Below are positions 20,194-29,284 of a DNA stretch of 35,766 nucleotides, piece by piece (the first letter of the stretch is position 1; each line of letters starts with the position of its first letter). The notes beneath the pieces are model-generated. The model ran no database searches, was not told the DNA's origin, and saw only the letters and a program-made list of their open reading frames with translations. Where the stretch lies: positions 1 to 35,766 of the forward strand of contig CAVXEP010000024.1 in assembly GCA_963760795.1 (NCBI GenBank), in the 5' to 3' direction. The stretch comes from an uncultured delta proteobacterium (GTDB taxonomy: Bacteria > Desulfobacterota > Binatia > UBA9968). The position numbers were made by a program, and so were the translations under genes.

Positions 20194-21577
20194 TCACGGT
20201 GTCTGATTGCCGATCCCGCTCGGTGTTTTTGGCTGGGATTGCGACGCGCTTTCTGGCGCAGCATTGACGGAGTCGACAGCGTCCTTGGACAGCACCAGCA
20301 CTTTATCGATGCGCTTACCGTCCATGTCGACGATTTCGAAGCGTAAGCCGCGCCATTCGAAGGACTCTGCTACCGCTGGGACACGGCCCATCTGGGTAAA
20401 GATAAAACCGCCCAAGGTCTGGAACGCGTCGCGCTTTTCTCCCGGCAGGGTTTCGACATGAAAAATTTCCTTGAATTCATCGACGCTCAACATGCCGTCG
20501 AGCAACCAGGAGCCGTCATGGCGCCGCACCGCTTTTGGATCGGCGGCCTTTTCGCCGATAGGAATATCGCCGGCAATCGCTTCGAGGATGTCGTGGTGGG
20601 TGAGCAGCCCCTCGATACCGCCGTATTCATCGACGACCAGAGCGATATGCTTGTTGCTCTTTTTGAACGAGTCCAACAATTCCAGCGCGGATATGGTGCG
20701 CGGCACGAACAGCGGCTGCTGCATCAGCGCATTGAGATCGATCGCCTTGCCAGCCAGAGTATGCGCCAGTAAATCCTTCGCCTGGACCACGCCGGTAACA
20801 TTATCGAGACTGCCGGCGGCCACCGGAAAACGCGAGTGACCGCTCTCGGCGATCTTCGCGCACACCTGTTCCAGGGTATTTTCCAGGTCGAGCCAGGAGA
20901 TCTGCGTGCGCGGCGTCATCAGCGAGCGCGCGGTTTTATCGCCGAGACGGAGCACCGCATCGACCATATCCTCCGCGGTTTCTTCAAAGATGCCGGCTTC
21001 GGCTCCCTGCTGCACCAACGTCGTGATTTCCTCCTGAGTCACCGGCGCCTGCTGTGCCGGCGCTCGGCCAAACAGCCGGCAGACGAGTTCCGTCGATGCG
21101 CTGAGTAAATGCACCATCGGCGCTGACAGCCAGGCAAAGCCGCGCAGCGGCACGGCGACCCAGGTGGCGATGCTTTCGGGATGGCGCATGGCCAACCGTT
21201 TGGGCACCAATTCGCCGATCACGAGAGAAAAGAAGGTAATGATCAGTACCACCAGGCCCAGAGCGGTTTCTTGGTGGTAATGGGTCAAGACCGGGCAACA
21301 CCTTGAGGTACTCCGCCAACCACGCCGCCGCGCCGCGGCCGGCGAAGGCACCGGTCAGGATACCGATGAGTGTGATGCCGATCTGCACCGACGAGAGCAA
21401 TCGATTGGGCGTTTGCGCCAGCTCCAGCGCGACTTTAGCGCGGGCGTTGCCTTTGTTGACCCAATCCTGCAGCCGCGACTTGCGCGCCGTGATCACCGCC
21501 ATTTCCGACATCGCGAACACGCCGTTCGCCAGGATCAAAACAGAGATAGTCAATATCTCCCCGCCAATATCTGCCAT
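20194..21577 (-). CDS. Hemolysin-family CNNM(DUF21)-CBS-CorC protein, frameshift near 21290
   Basis: Motifs NGVFAMSEMAVITARKSRL, VQIGITLIGIL, GELVPKRLA, LMTPR, HSRFPV, VVDEYGG and DGKRIDKVL. AGGAG RBS before ATG 21577. Confidence 0.9.
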
Positions 21578-21707
21578 TGCCTTTACTCCTCCACCCAACC
21601 ATAGCAGGAAGAGCGCCAATTCGCAGCAGCGCCGGAGTTGTGAGCCAACCCATCGGATCGCGCCACCATCATCCCGAAAGAAGCGTAATTGAGTTTAGAA
21701 TCGCTGC

Positions 21708-21747
21708 TTGACGGAAACCGAGGATAGGGTTATATCGGATTTCGATA
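21708..21747 (+). promoter_or_regulatory. Sigma-70 promoter with overlapping palindromic operator
   Basis: TTGACG-17 nt-TATATC; the inverted repeat TATCG-GATTT-CGATA (21733-21747) overlaps the -10/+1 region. Confidence 0.6.
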
Positions 21748-21752
21748 ACGAA

Positions 21753-22091
21753 ATGCAGAAGTCAAAAAAACAGGAGAATCAGGATCGACGAGATCAGGAT
21801 CTTTACGGCGGTTTGATCCGTCTGCACATCCTGCACCACGCCTCAAAGGAACCGGTGTTCGGCTTATGGTTCATTGAGGAACTTGGAAGGCATGGATACA
21901 AGCTCAGTCCGGGCACTCTTTATCCACTGCTGCACGGACTCGAGCGGAAGGGTTACCTGCGATCGACCAATGAGCGTTCGGGCAAAAGCTCGAGGCGAAT
22001 GTATCAAGCGACTCCTCTTGGACGAAAAGCCTTGGCCGCGGCGCGGCAGAAAGTTAGCGAACTGTTCGGGGAATTGCTGGAAGACGAGTGA
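21753..22091 (+). CDS. PadR-family transcriptional regulator
   Basis: GLIRLHILHHA..PVFGLWFIEELGRHGYKLSPGTLYPLLHGLERKGYL...RRMYQATPLG is a winged helix-turn-helix. Confidence 0.9.
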   Translation: MQKSKKQENQDRRDQDLYGGLIRLHILHHASKEPVFGLWFIEELGRHGYKLSPGTLYPLLHGLERKGYLRSTNERSGKSSRRMYQATPLGRKALAAARQKVSELFGELLEDE

Positions 22092-22148
22092 TCCGCCGAT
22101 CGTGATTTCTTTGAACGGCGCTTTGGTCCGACTATCCGGGAGATCTGT

Positions 22149-22718
22149 ATGAAGGCAAGAGCCTTTCTATCAGGGGTCTTAATTCTTTTCGGGATTTTGA
22201 TCGCAGTGTTGTTTTTTCGAGTTCTTACCTTGGAATGGCGGCTCCGCGAATCCGGCCCTGCTAACGGTGGCGTCGTCGCGGCCGGTCAAGCGTCTTTGAA
22301 GCGCGTGGAAGCGGAGCTTGCCACGGTCAAGGAACTCGCGCCGGGGCTCGGAGAATATATGACGACGATCCAGTTGCACGTGGGAAAACTTTGGTTTGCC
22401 GCTAAAGCTGCGAACTGGGACCTGGCCATCTACGAGCTCCATGAGCTGGAGGAGACCATGGAAGTGGTCAAGAAATTAAACGCAGAAAAAAACGGCGTAA
22501 AAATTTCCGGGGTAATGGATGCCGTTCTGCGAACACAGATTGCTCAACTGGAGCAAACGATAAAACGGAAGAATCCTGGGGAGTTTCAAAAAGCCTATGA
22601 CGAGACTTTGAGCGCGTGCAACGGCTGCCACAACGAGTCGGGGCACAAATTTATTCAGATTGTTCGACCTACGGTGCCGCCGGTCACCAATCAAAAGTGG
22701 CAGATGTCGGACAAATGA
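22149..22718 (+). CDS. Membrane-anchored putative monoheme c-type cytochrome (class II / four-helix-bundle-like)
   Basis: N-terminal TM or signal segment, an apparently helical body, and a single CXXCH (CNGCH) near the C-terminus. GGGAGA RBS. Confidence 0.7.
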   Translation: MKARAFLSGVLILFGILIAVLFFRVLTLEWRLRESGPANGGVVAAGQASLKRVEAELATVKELAPGLGEYMTTIQLHVGKLWFAAKAANWDLAIYELHELEETMEVVKKLNAEKNGVKISGVMDAVLRTQIAQLEQTIKRKNPGEFQKAYDETLSACNGCHNESGHKFIQIVRPTVPPVTNQKWQMSDK

Positions 22719-22763
22719 CTGTCACCATGAGACAATCGCAAGTGGAGATACCCGCGGCAAATT

Positions 22764-23996
22764 ATGAGTGAATCCGGACAAATTGCCGCCGAAGACGCGC
22801 TCGTCGACCAAACCCCGGGATCATTTCTCGAGGTTCTTTGGGTTTCGACACGCCTGGGCCTAACCTCCTTTGGCGGTCCCATCGCTCACCTCGGTTATTT
22901 TCATGAGGAATACGTAAAGCGGAGAAAATGGATCGATGAGCAAAGCTACGCCGACCTCGTAGCCCTTTGCCAGTTTCTCCCCGGGCCAGCTAGCAGTCAG
23001 GTGAGTATCGCCATCGGTATCGCCCGCGCGCGTCTGCTCGGTGGAATCGCCGCGTGGCTGGGCTTTACCATGCCCTCGGCGCTGGCGCTGATCGCCTTCG
23101 CCTTTGGGATCGGCGCGTTTGCCAGCGCGGCCGACGCCGGTTGGTTGCACGGCCTCAAAATCGTCGCCGTAGCAGTCGTTGCCCAAGCTGTGTGGGGCAT
23201 GGCCCGCTCGCTCTGTCCGGATCGTGAACGCGCAACCATCGCTGTTCTCGCCTCAACAGTTACACTCGCATGGCCTACCGCAGTAGGGCAACTCTCGTCG
23301 ATTGCCGTCGCCGGCATTGTTGGCTTGATCATGTTTCCGGGCACGGTTTCTTCATCGCACTCCCATATACGCTTTCCTATCGGGAAAAAAACTGCCATCG
23401 CCGCTTGGAGCATCTTCTTCGCGCTTCTCTTTGGGTTACCGCTGCTCCGACAGGCGCAGCCCAGCCATACGTTAGAGGTTTTCGATAGTTTTTTCCGTGT
23501 CGGCTCGTTGGTTTTCGGTGGCGGTCATGTTGTTCTGCCGCTGCTTCAAACCGAAGTGGTTGGACCGGGTTGGATTACCAACGAACAATTCGTCGCTGGC
23601 TATGGCGCTACTCAGGCCGTACCGGGACCGTTATTTACATTCTCCGCTTACCTCGGCGCCGTGATGGGTCCTGAGCCCAATGGTTGGACCGGAGCCTTCC
23701 TCGCCCTCGTGGCGATTTTTCTTCCATCCTTTTTATTGGTCGTCGGCGCACTTCCTTTTTGGGATACTCTTCGCTCGGCGCCGGTCTTCCAGTCTGCTCT
23801 GAAAGGGATCAACGCGGCTGTCGTCGGATTGTTGCTGACAGCACTGTACAAACCTGTCTGGACAAGCGCGATCTACTCACCCGCGGACTTCGGCCTTGGA
23901 CTCGTTGCTTTCGGACTCTTGATGTTTTGGAAATGTCCCCCCTGGCTGGTGGTTGCCCTGACCGCTGTTGGAGGAGAAGTCATCGCGCGCATATAA
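22764..23996 (+). CDS. chrA: Chromate ion transporter (long-chain CHR family), intact
   Basis: Motifs LGLTSFGGPIAHLGYF, LCQFLPGPASSQ, VFGGGHVVLPLL, QAVPGPLFTF and GINAAVVGLL. Confidence 0.93.
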   Translation: MSESGQIAAEDALVDQTPGSFLEVLWVSTRLGLTSFGGPIAHLGYFHEEYVKRRKWIDEQSYADLVALCQFLPGPASSQVSIAIGIARARLLGGIAAWLGFTMPSALALIAFAFGIGAFASAADAGWLHGLKIVAVAVVAQAVWGMARSLCPDRERATIAVLASTVTLAWPTAVGQLSSIAVAGIVGLIMFPGTVSSSHSHIRFPIGKKTAIAAWSIFFALLFGLPLLRQAQPSHTLEVFDSFFRVGSLVFGGGHVVLPLLQTEVVGPGWITNEQFVAGYGATQAVPGPLFTFSAYLGAVMGPEPNGWTGAFLALVAIFLPSFLLVVGALPFWDTLRSAPVFQSALKGINAAVVGLLLTALYKPVWTSAIYSPADFGLGLVAFGLLMFWKCPPWLVVALTAVGGEVIARI

Positions 23997-24009
23997 GCGG
24001 AGGAACGTT

Positions 24010-24138
24010 ATGTCGATCATCCCGGACCATCACCGAGGCTAGGCAAATGCGCAACAGCTTGCGGAAACGGATTGGCTCGCGAAACATCTGGACGATCCCA
24101 CCGTCCGTATCGTCGATGCCCGGCCAGCCCGGTGTTAG
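24010..24138 (+). pseudogene. Truncated sulfurtransferase (rhodanese, SseA/CysA-type) N-terminus
   Basis: Not in the ORF track. After a GGAGG RBS the frame reads MSIIPDHHRG*ANAQQLAETDWLAKHLDDPTVRIVDARPARC*, matching the tandem-rhodanese N-terminal pattern (Y..P..LV.T.WL..HL.DP.VRIVD.R). Confidence 0.72.
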
Positions 24139-24162
24139 CAATTCGATCGCGTAAGCCTGTAA

Positions 24163-25371
24163 CTACTGACTCTCCTCCGGCGGCTTCACATGGCGGAACA
24201 CGGCAAAAATCGACAGGTCGTAGACAATCTTGATGCCGCCCGCCAGCAAGAACGGCAAACCTAGCGCTGGAACCGCGAGAATCGCGCCGGTGAATAACGG
24301 CGCAACCGCGGCGCCGGCGTTGCGCGCGACGGAGAGCACCCCAGCCGACGCTGCCCGCTCGTCGGCGTCGACGACGGCCATTGTGTAAGACTGGCGCGTC
24401 GGCACATCCATTTGCGAGAGCGAGTAACGTAGCAGTAAAACCGCGATGGCCCATTCCACGTTGGGCATCATTGGTACCAACAGAATCAGCAAGTTTGAAG
24501 GCAAGTGGGTGAACACCATCGTGTTGAGTAAACCGATTCGGCGGGCGATCGCGGGCGCGGCGAGAAAGGACAGGGCGGCGAAAATATTGGTGCCGAAGAA
24601 AATCCCGCCCAGAGCGTTCAGATCGGTTTGGTAACGGAGAAAAAACCAGTAGGCGACGATGCTCTGGACGATGAACGCGCCGGCGAAAGCGTCGAGGGCG
24701 AAAAGCCCGGCGAGCTTGATAACGATGCCGCGGGATTTTTCCAGACCGACCTTGCGTGCTGTCGGTTCGGTTTTCTTTGCCGCTTCGACGTCAGGTGAGA
24801 GCAAGGTGAACAGCCCCGCAAGTAAAAGTGCCGAAGCAACGTAACCCCAAATCAAGAATTTGTAACCGGCAATCGCGGTCAACGAGAAGAGCGAGGGCAG
24901 GCTGACCGTCAATGCGCCCAGCGCGCCGGCGAACGAGCCAACCAGATTGTACGCCGCGAAAACCGCGGTGCGGTTCTGATCGCTGGTGGCCTGCGGCAAG
25001 ATCGCTTGTTCAAGCGACAAAAACGGCCCGACTTCTTTTCCCGACGGGCTGATGGTGCCGAAGATCGCCGCGAGCATCAGGAGAATCGGATTGTCGCTGA
25101 CGGCAAACGCCCAACCGGCGAGCGCCATCAGCAGCGCGCCGACAATTAGCAAAGTCTTTCGCCCAAAGCTGTCAGCCACCGCGGTGATGATGATCGTCAT
25201 CACCGCGCCGCCGGCAAGGGCCGCAGTGAATATCCAGCCGATCGCCGTCGTGCTTAAACCGATGGCGTCGAGATAAAGCCCGAGGATGACCGAGAGAAAA
25301 CCATAGGCCAAAGAACGTACGCCGCAGGTGGCGAACAATAACCAACCGTCCCGGGAAAGGGGAAAACCCAT
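24163..25371 (-). CDS. MFS transporter
   Basis: About 12 hydrophobic segments, motif A-like ADSFGRKTLL, ISPSGKEVGPF and SQMDVPTRQSY. Confidence 0.9.
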   Translation of the reverse strand: MGFPLSRDGWLLFATCGVRSLAYGFLSVILGLYLDAIGLSTTAIGWIFTAALAGGAVMTIIITAVADSFGRKTLLIVGALLMALAGWAFAVSDNPILLMLAAIFGTISPSGKEVGPFLSLEQAILPQATSDQNRTAVFAAYNLVGSFAGALGALTVSLPSLFSLTAIAGYKFLIWGYVASALLLAGLFTLLSPDVEAAKKTEPTARKVGLEKSRGIVIKLAGLFALDAFAGAFIVQSIVAYWFFLRYQTDLNALGGIFFGTNIFAALSFLAAPAIARRIGLLNTMVFTHLPSNLLILLVPMMPNVEWAIAVLLLRYSLSQMDVPTRQSYTMAVVDADERAASAGVLSVARNAGAAVAPLFTGAILAVPALGLPFLLAGGIKIVYDLSIFAVFRHVKPPEESQ

Positions 25372-25391
25372 GGAACTCGCTTGGGATCAGT

Positions 25392-26135
25392 TCACCGCGA
25401 ACTGCCGCTGCCCATGGAGTTTAGCCGGCCGCCGTCCACCGGCAAGATCGAATTGGTGATGTAGCTCGCTTTATCCGAGGCGAGAAACAACGCGGCCTCG
25501 GCGACATCCTCCGGCTGACCGATGCGGCGCAGGGGAATGATGTCGTATTCCGGTTTGCGGCTGCCCATGTCCTTGGCACCGATCGGCGTACCGACCAGAC
25601 CGGAGATCAAACCGTTAACCCGGATCGTTGGCGCCAGGTCGGCGGCGGCTTGTCGGGTTAGGGAATTCACCGCGCCCTTGGAAATCGAATAGGCCGCGCC
25701 ACCGGGGCTCGAACGCTCGCCGGAGGCGGCGGAAATATTGATGATACTGCCGTTGCCCTGCGCTTTCATCATTTTGCCGGCATGCTGAATGCAGAGAAAG
25801 TAGCCGGTCAGGTTGATCGCCAGTATGCGGTTCCATTCTTCCAACGTAATGTCGAGGATACCGCCCTTGCTCGAGTGGGCGACGTTGTTGACTAGTATAT
25901 CCAGGCCGCCATGTTTGGTCTTGATGTGATCGAACATCGCCTTGACTTGTTCAGCGTTGGACACATCGGCGGCGATAAAATCGCCGCCGATCTCCTCGGC
26001 AACTTTCTTGGCGTCCGCTTCATGGCGCGAATGCACCACGACTTTAGCGCCCTCGCGGGCGAACGCCCGCGCGATAGCCAGGCCAATATTATGAGTGGAG
26101 CCGGTAACCAAAGCGATTTTGTCTGCGAGCAACAT
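25392..26135 (-). CDS. Short-chain dehydrogenase/reductase (SDR)
   Basis: Motifs ALVTGSTHNIG, LDILVNN, YSISK (YxxxK) and VDGG. Confidence 0.92.
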   Translation of the reverse strand: MLLADKIALVTGSTHNIGLAIARAFAREGAKVVVHSRHEADAKKVAEEIGGDFIAADVSNAEQVKAMFDHIKTKHGGLDILVNNVAHSSKGGILDITLEEWNRILAINLTGYFLCIQHAGKMMKAQGNGSIINISAASGERSSPGGAAYSISKGAVNSLTRQAAADLAPTIRVNGLISGLVGTPIGAKDMGSRKPEYDIIPLRRIGQPEDVAEAALFLASDKASYITNSILPVDGGRLNSMGSGSSR

Positions 26136-26282
26136 GCAATACTCCTTGGGCTATTGTTGAAAGTCTGTGGCTATCTCAAGCCCGAATGGCGGGCAATAAT
26201 TTTTGCCGTAACGCTAATAGTGGACTCACTGCTGCGTCTAACCATTGAAACCTCCATGCTGTGAGAAACTGGAGTCTACAAT

Positions 26283-26567
26283 ATGACTAACCGTAATTTC
26301 GCCCGCACCGTCGGTCTTATTTCGGCGATGGTAGTCCTTCATGCATTCGCCGGCTGCTCAAGCCAATCGACGAAGCTGATTCACCCGCAAAGCGGCGCCA
26401 CCGCCGAGTGCAGCGCCAGCGGTTTCGCCACCGGCGTCAGTATTGCCGACGGTATTGTCGGCGGCTGCAGCCTGGCCTACGAAGAGCGCGGCTACGTACC
26501 GTTGGAACGGCTCCAACCCGAGGAGCGCGCCAGTCTGGAGCGGCGCGGCCTGCTGGGTAAAAATTAG
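26283..26567 (+). CDS. Small putative lipoprotein
   Basis: Signal peptide with lipobox FAG-C, a GGAG RBS, and two further Cys residues. Confidence 0.7.
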   Translation: MTNRNFARTVGLISAMVVLHAFAGCSSQSTKLIHPQSGATAECSASGFATGVSIADGIVGGCSLAYEERGYVPLERLQPEERASLERRGLLGKN

Positions 26568-26628
26568 TGTGGGCAAATCCGTAGCGGCAACGGTCGACAT
26601 AGCCCGTAGGCAAGCCGGCGAAGCAGAA

Positions 26629-27639
26629 TCATCCGCCGAGCGAGATCATTTCGATTTTCTTATGGCTCTTGGGATCGTAGTTCGACGAATTGAGCGCTGC
26701 CAGACGATCTGCCGAATAACGGTCGGTGCGCCCAGACCAGATCTTGGCGATAAACTGGCCAACCTCGTCGTCGCTGGCACCGCTGCGCAGCTGCGCCTTC
26801 AAGTCATGACCGGCATCGGAAAATAGGCAGGTGACGAGTTTCCCGTCGGCGGTAATCCGCGACCGCGTGCAGCTTGAACAAAACGGTTCGGTCACCGAAG
26901 CGATCACGCCGATATCGCCCTGGCCGTCGAGGAATTCGTAATCCACCGACGGCGCGCTGCCCTGGTCGCGGCCGATTTCCCGCAGCGGATAGCGGGCGTG
27001 AATCGTTTCGATAATCTGTTTTTTCGCCACCAATTTTGCCGAAGTCCAGTTGTTCGAGTTGCCGACATCCATGTACTCGATGAAACGCATGGCAAAGCCG
27101 TTGGCGCGGGAGAACTCCACCAGCGGCAAGATATCGTCGTCGTTGACGCCGCGCTCGATCACGGCGTTGAGCTTGAGGGGCGCCATACCGGCGGCTTTGG
27201 CGGCAAAGATTCCTTCGAGCACTTTGTCGAGGTCGCCGCGCTTGGTCATGCGTTTGAACTTATCGGCATCCAGGGTATCGATGCTGACATTCACCCGTTT
27301 CAGTCCGGCTTTGGCGAGGGCGCCGATTTGATTCGCCAACAGCGCGCCATTGGTGGTCAGACAAAGGTCCTTGAGGCCTTCCAGCGGCGCGAGTTTTTCG
27401 ATTAATCGATGCAAGTCTTGGCGCACCAGCGGCTCGCCGCCGGTGAGGCGAATCTTTTCGACGCCGCGCTCAATAAAGAGCTTGGCGATACGGGCGATCT
27501 CTTCGAAGGTCAAAATCTCTTTCTTATCGATCCACTCGTACTCGTCCAGCGGCATGCAGTAGGTGCAGCGGAAGTTACACCGGTCGGTGACCGAGATGCG
27601 CAGGTCCTTGAGCGGCCGATTGAATCTGTCGGTGACCAT
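26629..27639 (-). CDS. moaA: GTP 3',8-cyclase MoaA (radical SAM)
   Basis: Motifs LRISVTDRCNFRCTYC, RLTGGEP, FCSSCTRSRITADG..TCL, and C-terminal MISLGG. Confidence 0.96.
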   Translation of the reverse strand: MVTDRFNRPLKDLRISVTDRCNFRCTYCMPLDEYEWIDKKEILTFEEIARIAKLFIERGVEKIRLTGGEPLVRQDLHRLIEKLAPLEGLKDLCLTTNGALLANQIGALAKAGLKRVNVSIDTLDADKFKRMTKRGDLDKVLEGIFAAKAAGMAPLKLNAVIERGVNDDDILPLVEFSRANGFAMRFIEYMDVGNSNNWTSAKLVAKKQIIETIHARYPLREIGRDQGSAPSVDYEFLDGQGDIGVIASVTEPFCSSCTRSRITADGKLVTCLFSDAGHDLKAQLRSGASDDEVGQFIAKIWSGRTDRYSADRLAALNSSNYDPKSHKKIEMISLGG

Positions 27640-27744
27640 CGCAGTAACTATGCAATAAAGGGGTAGGGGGTTCAAGCTCGCGCTTTTTTCGCTGGAAAAT
27701 CATTGCTTTGCCGGATTTGGCCGATCTGTTATCCTGTTTCGGCA

Positions 27745-29284
27745 ATGAGCCTGCGCCAGCAACAAATCGCCGTCTTTTGCGCTACGGTAGTAGTCATTTT
27801 CGGCCTACTCGGTGCCGGTATCTGGTTGATCGCCCAGCGCTTAACCGCCGAAGCGACCTTGCAGACCGCTTTGTTAATGGCGCGTCAAGTCGAGATCGCC
27901 CTGGCTGATAGCTTGCGCGAGCGCCCGGTGATCGTCCAGCGCCAGCAGCAGGCACAAAAAGCGCCGGCGTCATTCTGGGGATTTCTCGGCAATGTTTTTG
28001 ATAGCCGCCGGTCGGCACCATCCTCGACCACCACCGACCACCCGCTACAGCGCGCCGCGCCATGACGATGTCCGCGGCCTGATGCGCGCCTTCGTCGACC
28101 GGAGCGCCAGTATCGAAGCCATGTGGGTGGTCAACGGCGACGGGCAGTTGCTGTACACGTCAGTCGCTGGCGATGGCGAAAAGTCGCCGTCGACGACTCT
28201 GGTCATGAATAAATTGCGCAACGGCGAAACTCTCACCAGCACCAAACGTCAGGGCGATAACGACTATTACGATGTCTGGGTGCCCTTGCAGATGCCCCAA
28301 GGGGTGCGCAGTCCAGGCGGCCTGCGGCTCTGGCTCAACCCAGCCGATTGGACTGGGCTGCTATCCGGATTATGGCACCAGCTGACTTTACTCTTTGTTC
28401 TCGGCGGTGGCGTGGCACTGGTGGCGGCGTTTCTGACCACGACGCTCTATACGCGCCGTTTTCGACTGATCGCCGACACCCTGCGCCAAGCCGAAGCCGG
28501 CACCTACGCGGCCCGTCCGCAGTATGGCAGCCAGGACGAAGTCGGGGTTAGCTTGGACTTGATCGATCGCTTGGTCATGAAGCAGCGCAAAAACGTCGGC
28601 GTACCCGCGCCGGTGCAGCGGCTGGCCATCGCCGCACGGACGCTGGCCCATGAAGTCAAAACGCCGCTAAACGCCTTGGCGATTCATCTCGAAGTCTTGC
28701 GCAGCAAGTTGACGGCGGAAGAGGACAAGGATCAGCAATCCCAACGCTCAATCACCGCCCTGGACTCAAGCATTCGCCAGGTCGACCGTCTGGTGCGCGA
28801 CTTTACCGACTATTCAGCGCCGGTAACCATGGAGCGGAAACCGATCGACGTCGCCGAAGTATTGCACACCAGTCTGGAAGCGATCGATTCGGCATGTCAG
28901 GCGAAGAAGATAAATTTAATGAAAGAACTCGCCCCCGGCCCCTGGCAAGTTTCCGGCGATGCCGCGCGCTTACGCCAGACTTTCGATAATCTTTTGCGCA
29001 ACGCCATGGAAGCCCAGCCCGACGGCGGCGAAGTCATCGTCAGCGCCAAAGCGCAAAGCACCCAGCTGATCATCGACATCAGCGACGCCGGCCCCGGCGT
29101 GCCGCTCGACCAACGTGGCGAAATCTTCGAGTTCGGTAAAACCACCAAAGCCACCGGCAGCGGCATCGGCTTGCCGTTGAGTCAATTGATCGTCGAATCC
29201 CACGGCGGCTCGCTGGTTTATCACGAGCGCAACGGCAGCGGCGCGACCTTTCGTGTGCAATTACCCATGGAGGCGGTTGTCTAA
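27745..29284 (+). CDS. Sensor histidine kinase (two TM helices, extracytoplasmic domain), frameshift near 28030
   Basis: TM1 lies in ORF 27703..28065. TM2, H-box LAHEVKTPLNAL, N-box NLLRNAMEA, DAGPG and GSGIGL lie in ORF 27992..29284. Confidence 0.88.

Noticed and set aside
24040-24042. In-frame TAG in the rhodanese remnant as pyrrolysine or other readthrough
   Set aside because: It sits at a non-catalytic Tyr-like position, the frame ends about 30 codons later anyway, and there are no pyl genes in the window.
21656-24151. GATCGCG on both sides of the PadR cassette as a target-site duplication
   Set aside because: A 7-bp GC-rich match is expected by chance, and no transposase, integrase or terminal inverted repeats were seen.
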